Source: Eledone cirrhosa
Lineage: Eukaryota
DNA: 64,000 bases
Assembly: GCA_964016885.1 (NCBI GenBank)
Contig: OZ024755.1
Coordinates: forward strand, 42,408,001 to 42,472,000
Reading direction: 5' to 3'
Shown here: positions 58,501-64,000 of the stretch, one piece after another
Position numbering within the stretch: the first letter of the stretch is position 1
How the letters are laid out: each line of letters begins with the position of its first letter
The notes under the pieces: generated by a model
Database searches by the model: none
The model's input: the letters and a program-made list of their open reading frames with translations, nothing else
Told to the model about the DNA's origin: nothing
Program-made: the position numbers and the translations under genes

Positions 58501-61500
58501 GCGGTGGATTGACAGTAATTGGTAGAGTGTCACACATGTCTAGGGCAGTGGATTGACAGTAATTGGTAGAGTGTCACACATGTCTAGGGCAGTGGATTGA
58601 CAGTAATTGGTAGAGTGTCACACATGTCTAGGGCGGTGGATTGACAGTAATTGGTAGAGTGTCACACATGTCTAGGGCAGTGGATTGACAGTAATTGGTA
58701 GAGTGTCACACATGTCTAGGGCAGTGGATTGACAGTAATTGGTAGTCACACATGTCTAGGGCGGTGGATTGACAGTAATTGGTAGAGTGTCACACATGTC
58801 TAGGGCAGTGGATTGACAGTAATTGGTAGAGTGTCACACATGTCTAGGGCAGTGGATTGACAGTAATTGGTGGAGTGTCACACATGTCTAGGGCAGTGGA
58901 TTGACAGTAATTGGTAGAGTGTCACACATGTCTAGGGCAGTGGATTGACAGTAATTGGTAGTCACACATGTCTAGGGCGGTGGATTGACAGTAATTGGTA
59001 GAGTGTCACACATGTCTAGGGCAGTGGATTGACAGTAATTGGTAGAGTGTCACACATGTCTAGGGCAGTGGATTGACAGTAATTGGTAGAGTGTCACACA
59101 TGTCTAGGGCAGTGGATTGACAGTAATTGGTAGAGTGTCACACATGTCTAGGGCAGTGGATTGACAGTAATTGGTAGAGTGTCACACATGTCTAGGGCAG
59201 TGGATTGACAGTAATTGGTAGAGTGTCACACATGTCTAGGGCAGTGGATTGACAGTAATTGGTAGAGTGTCACACATGTCTAGGGCAGTGGATTGACAGT
59301 AATTGGTAGAGTGTCACACATGTCTAGGGCAGTGGATTGACAGTAATTGGTAGAGTGTCACACATGTCTAGGGCGGTGGATTGACAGTAATTGGTAGTCA
59401 CACATGTCTAGGGCGGTGGATTGACAGTAATTGGTAGAGTGTCACACATGTCTAGGGCAGTGGATTGACAGTAATTGGTAGAGTGTCACACATGTCTAGG
59501 GCAGTGGATTGACAGTAATTGGTAGAGTGTCACACATGTCTAGGGCAGTGGATTGACAGTAATTGGTAGAGTGTCACACATGTCTAGGGCAGTGGATTGA
59601 CAGTAATTGGTAGAGTGTCACACATGTCTAGGGCAGTGGATTGACAGTAATTGGTAGAGTGTCACACATGTCTAGGGCGGTGGATTGACAGTAATTGGTA
59701 GTCACACATGTCTAGGGCGGTGGATTGACAGTAATTGGTAGAGTGTCACACATGTCTAGGGCAGTGGATTGACAGTAATTGGTAGAGTGTCACACATGTC
59801 TAGGGCAGTGGATTGACAGTAATTGGTAGAGTGTCACACATGTCTAGGGCGGTGGATTGACAGTAATTGGTAGAGTGTCACACATGTCTAGGGCAGTGGA
59901 TTGACAGTAATTGGTAGAGTGTCACACATGTCTAGGGCAGTGGATTGACAGTAATTGGTAGTCACACATGTCTAGGGCGGTGGATTGACAGTAATTGGTA
60001 GAGTGTCACACATGTCTAGGGCAGTGGATTGACAGTAATTGGTAGAGTGTCACACATGTCTAGGGCAGTGGATTGACAGTAATTGGTAGAGTGTCACACA
60101 TGTCTAGGGCAGTGGATTGACAGTAATTGGTAGAGTGTCACACATGTCTAGGGCAGTGGATTGACAGTAATTGGTAGTCACACATGTCTAGGGCGGTGGA
60201 TTGACAGTAATTGGTAGAGTGTCACACATGTCTAGGGCAGTGGATTGACAGTAATTGGTAGAGTGTCACACATGTCTAGGGCAGTGGATTGACAGTAATT
60301 GGTAGTCACACATGTCTAGGGCGGTGGATTGACAGTAATTGGTAGAGTGTCACACATGTCTAGGGCAGTGGACTTATAGTAATTGGTAGAGTGTCACACA
60401 TGTCTAGGGCAGTGGACTTATAGTAATTGGTAGAGTGTCACACATGTCTAGGGCAGTGGATTGACAGTAATTGGTAGAGTGTCACACATGTCTAGGGCAG
60501 TGGATTGACAGTAATTGGTAGAGTGTCACACATGTCTAGGGCAGTGGATTGACAGTAATTGGTAGTCACACATGTCTAGGGCGGTGGATTGACAGTAATT
60601 GGTAGAGTGTCACACATGTCTAGGGCAGTGGATTGACAGTAATTGGTAGTCACACATGTCTAGGGCGGTGGATTGACAGTAATTGGTAGAGTGTCACACA
60701 TGTCTAGAGCAGTGGATTGACAGTAATTGGTAGTCACACATGTCTAGGGCGGTGGATTGACAGTAATTGGTAGAGTGTCACACATGTCTAGGACAGTGGA
60801 TTGACAGTAATTGGTAGAGTGTCACACATGTCTAGGGCAGTGGATTGACAGTAATTGGTAGTCACACATGTCTAGGGCGGTGGATTGACAGTAATTGGTA
60901 GAGTGTCACACATGTCTAGGACAGTGGATTGACAGTAATTGGTAGAGTGTCACACATGTCTAGGGCAGTGGACTGACAGTAATTGGTAGAGTGTCACACA
61001 TGTCTAGGGCAGTGGATTGACAGTAATTGGTAGAGTGTCACACATGTCTAGGGCAGTGGATTGACAGTAATTGGTAGAGTGTCACACATGTCTAGGGCGG
61101 TGGATTGACAGTAATTGGTAGTCACACATGTCTAGGGCAGTGGACTGACAGTAATTGGTAGAGTGTCACACATGTCTAGGGCAGTGGACTGACAGTAATT
61201 GGTAGAGTGTCACACATGTCTAGGGCAGTGGACTGACAGTAATTGGTAGAGTGTCACACATGTCTAGGGCAGTGGACTGACAGTAATTGGTAGAGTGTCA
61301 CACATGTCTAGGGCGGTGGATTGACAGTAATTGGTAGAGTGTCACACATGTCTAGGGCAGTGGACTGACAGTAATTGGTAGAGTGTCACACATGTCTAGG
61401 GCAGTGGACTGACAGTAATTGGTAGAGTGTCACACATGTCTAGGGCAGTGGACTGACAGTAATTGGTAGAGTGTCACACATGTCTAGGGCAGTGGACTGA

Positions 61501-64000
61501 CAGTAATTGGTAGAGTGTCACACATGTCTAGGGCAGTGGACTGACAGTAATTGGTAGAGTGTCACACATGTCTAGGGCGGTGGATTGACAGTAATTGGTA
61601 GAGTGTCACACATGTCTAGGGCAGTGGACTGACAGTAATTGGTAGAGTGTCACACATGTCTAGGGCAGTGGACTGACAGTAATTGGTAGAGTGTCACACA
61701 TGTCTAGGGCGGTGGATTGACAGTAATTGGTAGAGTGTCACACATGTCTAGGGCGGTGGACTGACAGTAATTGGTAGAGTGTCACACATGTCTAGGGCAG
61801 TGGACTGACAGTAATTGGTAGAGTGTCACACATGTCTAGGGCAGTGGATTGACAGTAATTGGTAGAGTGTCACACATGTCTAGGGCGGTGGACTGACAGT
61901 AATTGGTAGAGTGTCACACATGTCTAGGGCAGTGGACTGACAGTAATTGGTAGAGTGTCACACATGTCTAGGGCGGTGGATTGACAGTAATTGGTAGAGT
62001 GTCACACATGTCTAGGGCGGTGGACTGACAGTCATGTCTAGGGCGGTGGACTGACAGTAATTGGTAGAGTGTCACACATGTCTAGGGCAGTGGACTGACA
62101 GTAATTGGTAGAGTGCCACACATGTCTAGGGCAGTGGATTGACAGTAATTGGTAGAGTGTCACACATGTCTAGGGCGGTGGACTGACAGTAATTGGTAGT
62201 CACACATGTCTAGGGCAGTGGACTGACAGTAATTGGTAGAGTGTCACACATGTCTAGGGCAGTGGATTGACAGTAATTGGTAGAGTGTCACACATGTCTA
62301 GGGCGGTGGATTGACAGTAATTGGTAGTCACACATGTCTAGGGCAGTGGACTGACAGTAATTGGTAGAGTGTCACACATGTCTAGGGCAGTGGATTGACA
62401 GTAATTGGTAGAGTGTCACACATGTCTAGGGCAGTGGACTGACAGTAATTGGTAGAGTGTCACACATGTCTAGGGCAGTGGACTGACAGTAATTGGTAGA
62501 GTGTCACACATGTCTAGGGCAGTGGATTGACAGTAATTGGTAGAGTGTCACACATGTCTAGGGCAGTGGACTGACAGTAATTGGTAGAGTGTCACACATG
62601 TCTAGGGCAGTGGATTGACAGTAATTGGTAGAGTGTCACACATGTCTAGGGCAGTGGATTGACAGTAATTGGTAGAGTGTCACACATGTCTAGGGCAGTG
62701 GACTGACAGTAATTGGTAGAGTGTCACACATGTCTAGGGCAGTGGATTGACAGTAATTGGTAGAGTGTCACACATGTCTAGGGCAGTGGATTGACAGTAA
62801 TTGGTAGAGTGTCACACATGTCTAGGGCAGTGGATTGACAGTAATTGGTAGAGTGTCACACATGTCTAGGGCAGTGGACTGACAGTAATTGGTAGAGTGT
62901 CACACATGTCTAGGGCAGTGGATTGACAGTAATTGGTAGAGTGTCACACATGTCTAGGGCAGTGGGTTGACAGTAATTGGTAGAGTGTCAGACATGTCTA
63001 AGGCAGTGGATTGACAGTAATTGGTAGAGTGTCAGACATGTCTAGGGCAGTGGATTGACAGTAATTGGTAGAGTGTCACACATGTCTAGGGCAGTGGACT
63101 GACAGTAATTGGTAGAGTGTCACACATGTCTAGGGCAGTGGACTGACAGTAATTGGTAGAGTGTCACACATGTCTAGGGCAGTGGACTGACAGTAATTGG
63201 TAGAGTGTCAGACATGTCTAGGGCAGTGGACTGACAGTAATTGGTAGAGTGTCACACATGTCTAGGGCAGTGGACTGACAGTAATTGGTAGAGTGTCAGA
63301 CATGTCTAGGGCAGTGGACTGACAGTAATTGGTAGAGTGTCACACATGTCTAGGGCAGTGGACTGACAGTAATTGGTAGAGTGTCACACATGTCTAGGGC
63401 AGTGGATTGACAGTAATTGGTAGAGTGTCACACATGTCTAGGGCGGTGGATTGACAGTAATTGGTAGAGTGTCACACATGTCTAGGGCAGTGGATTGACA
63501 GTAATTGGTAGAGTGTCACACATGTCTAGGGCAGTGGATTGACAGTAATTGGTAGAGTGTCACACATGTCTAGGGCAGTGGATTGACAGTAATTGGTAGA
63601 GTGTCACACATGTCTAGGGAGGTGGATTGACAGTAATTGGTAGTCACACATGTCTAGGGCAGTGGATTGACAGTAATTGGTAGAGTGTCACACATGTCTA
63701 GGGCGGTGGATTGACAGTAATTGGTAGTCACACATGTCTAGGGCAGTGGATTGACAGTAATTGGTAGTCACACATGTCTAGGGCAGTGGATTGACAGTAA
63801 TTGGTAGAGTGTCACACATGTCTAGGGCAGTGGGTTGACAGTAATTGGTAGAGTGTCACACATGTCTAGGGCAGTGGATTGACAGTAATTGGTAGTCACA
63901 CATGTCTAGGGCAGTGGGTTGACAGTAATTGGTAGAGTGTCACACATGTCTAGGGCAGTGGATTGACAGTAATTGGTAGTCACACATGTCTAGGGCAGTG
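22561..64000. repeat. 44-bp satellite/minisatellite array, consensus AGAGTGTCACACATGTCTAGGGCAGTGGA(T/C)TGACAGTAATTGGT, roughly 950 units, open at both ends
   Basis: Uninterrupted head-to-tail units; frequent 40-bp variant (GGTAGTCACAC, 4-bp deletion), rare 42- and 45-bp variants; common substitutions GGAT/GGAC and GCAG/GCGG; no ORFs in the track. Confidence 0.99.

Noticed and set aside
22561-64000. CRISPR-like array (short partly palindromic repeat)
   Set aside because: Units are directly head-to-tail with no unique spacers, no cas genes, eukaryotic context.
22561-64000. Repetitive protein-coding exon or telomeric repeat
   Set aside because: The 44-bp period is not a multiple of 3, stops are frequent, no ORF in the track, and there is no TTAGGG-type array (only one CTAGGG per unit).

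Overview
Eukaryotic (animal-like; the AT-rich, TA/TG-microsatellite-saturated style suggests a mollusc such as a cephalopod, inference only) repeat DNA with no host gene. 1-22360 is a (TA)n/(TATG)n microsatellite field holding at least six retroelement-type inserts: (i) a >9 kb near-perfect foldback made of two head-to-head 5'-truncated copies of a Penelope-like retroelement (RT-thumb remnant + CxCx5Cx5C linker + C-terminal GIY-YIG, Naiad-like) with a hammerhead ribozyme (HHR) near its 3' end; (ii) a 632-bp HHR-bearing, terminally redundant retrozyme-like insert in only one arm of that foldback; (iii) a 622-bp terminally redundant non-coding element; (iv) a ~450-bp fragment with CCAAT/TATA and a compact HHR; (v) an intact APE-RT ORF2 of a CR1/L2-group LINE; (vi) a second ~1 kb foldback with outward-facing HHRs. 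Five type I HHR cores could be folded by eye. After a 200-N scaffold gap, 22561-64000 is one 44-bp satellite array (roughly 950 units) with kb-scale higher-order duplications. Nearly all other ORFs in the track are microsatellite translation artefacts.
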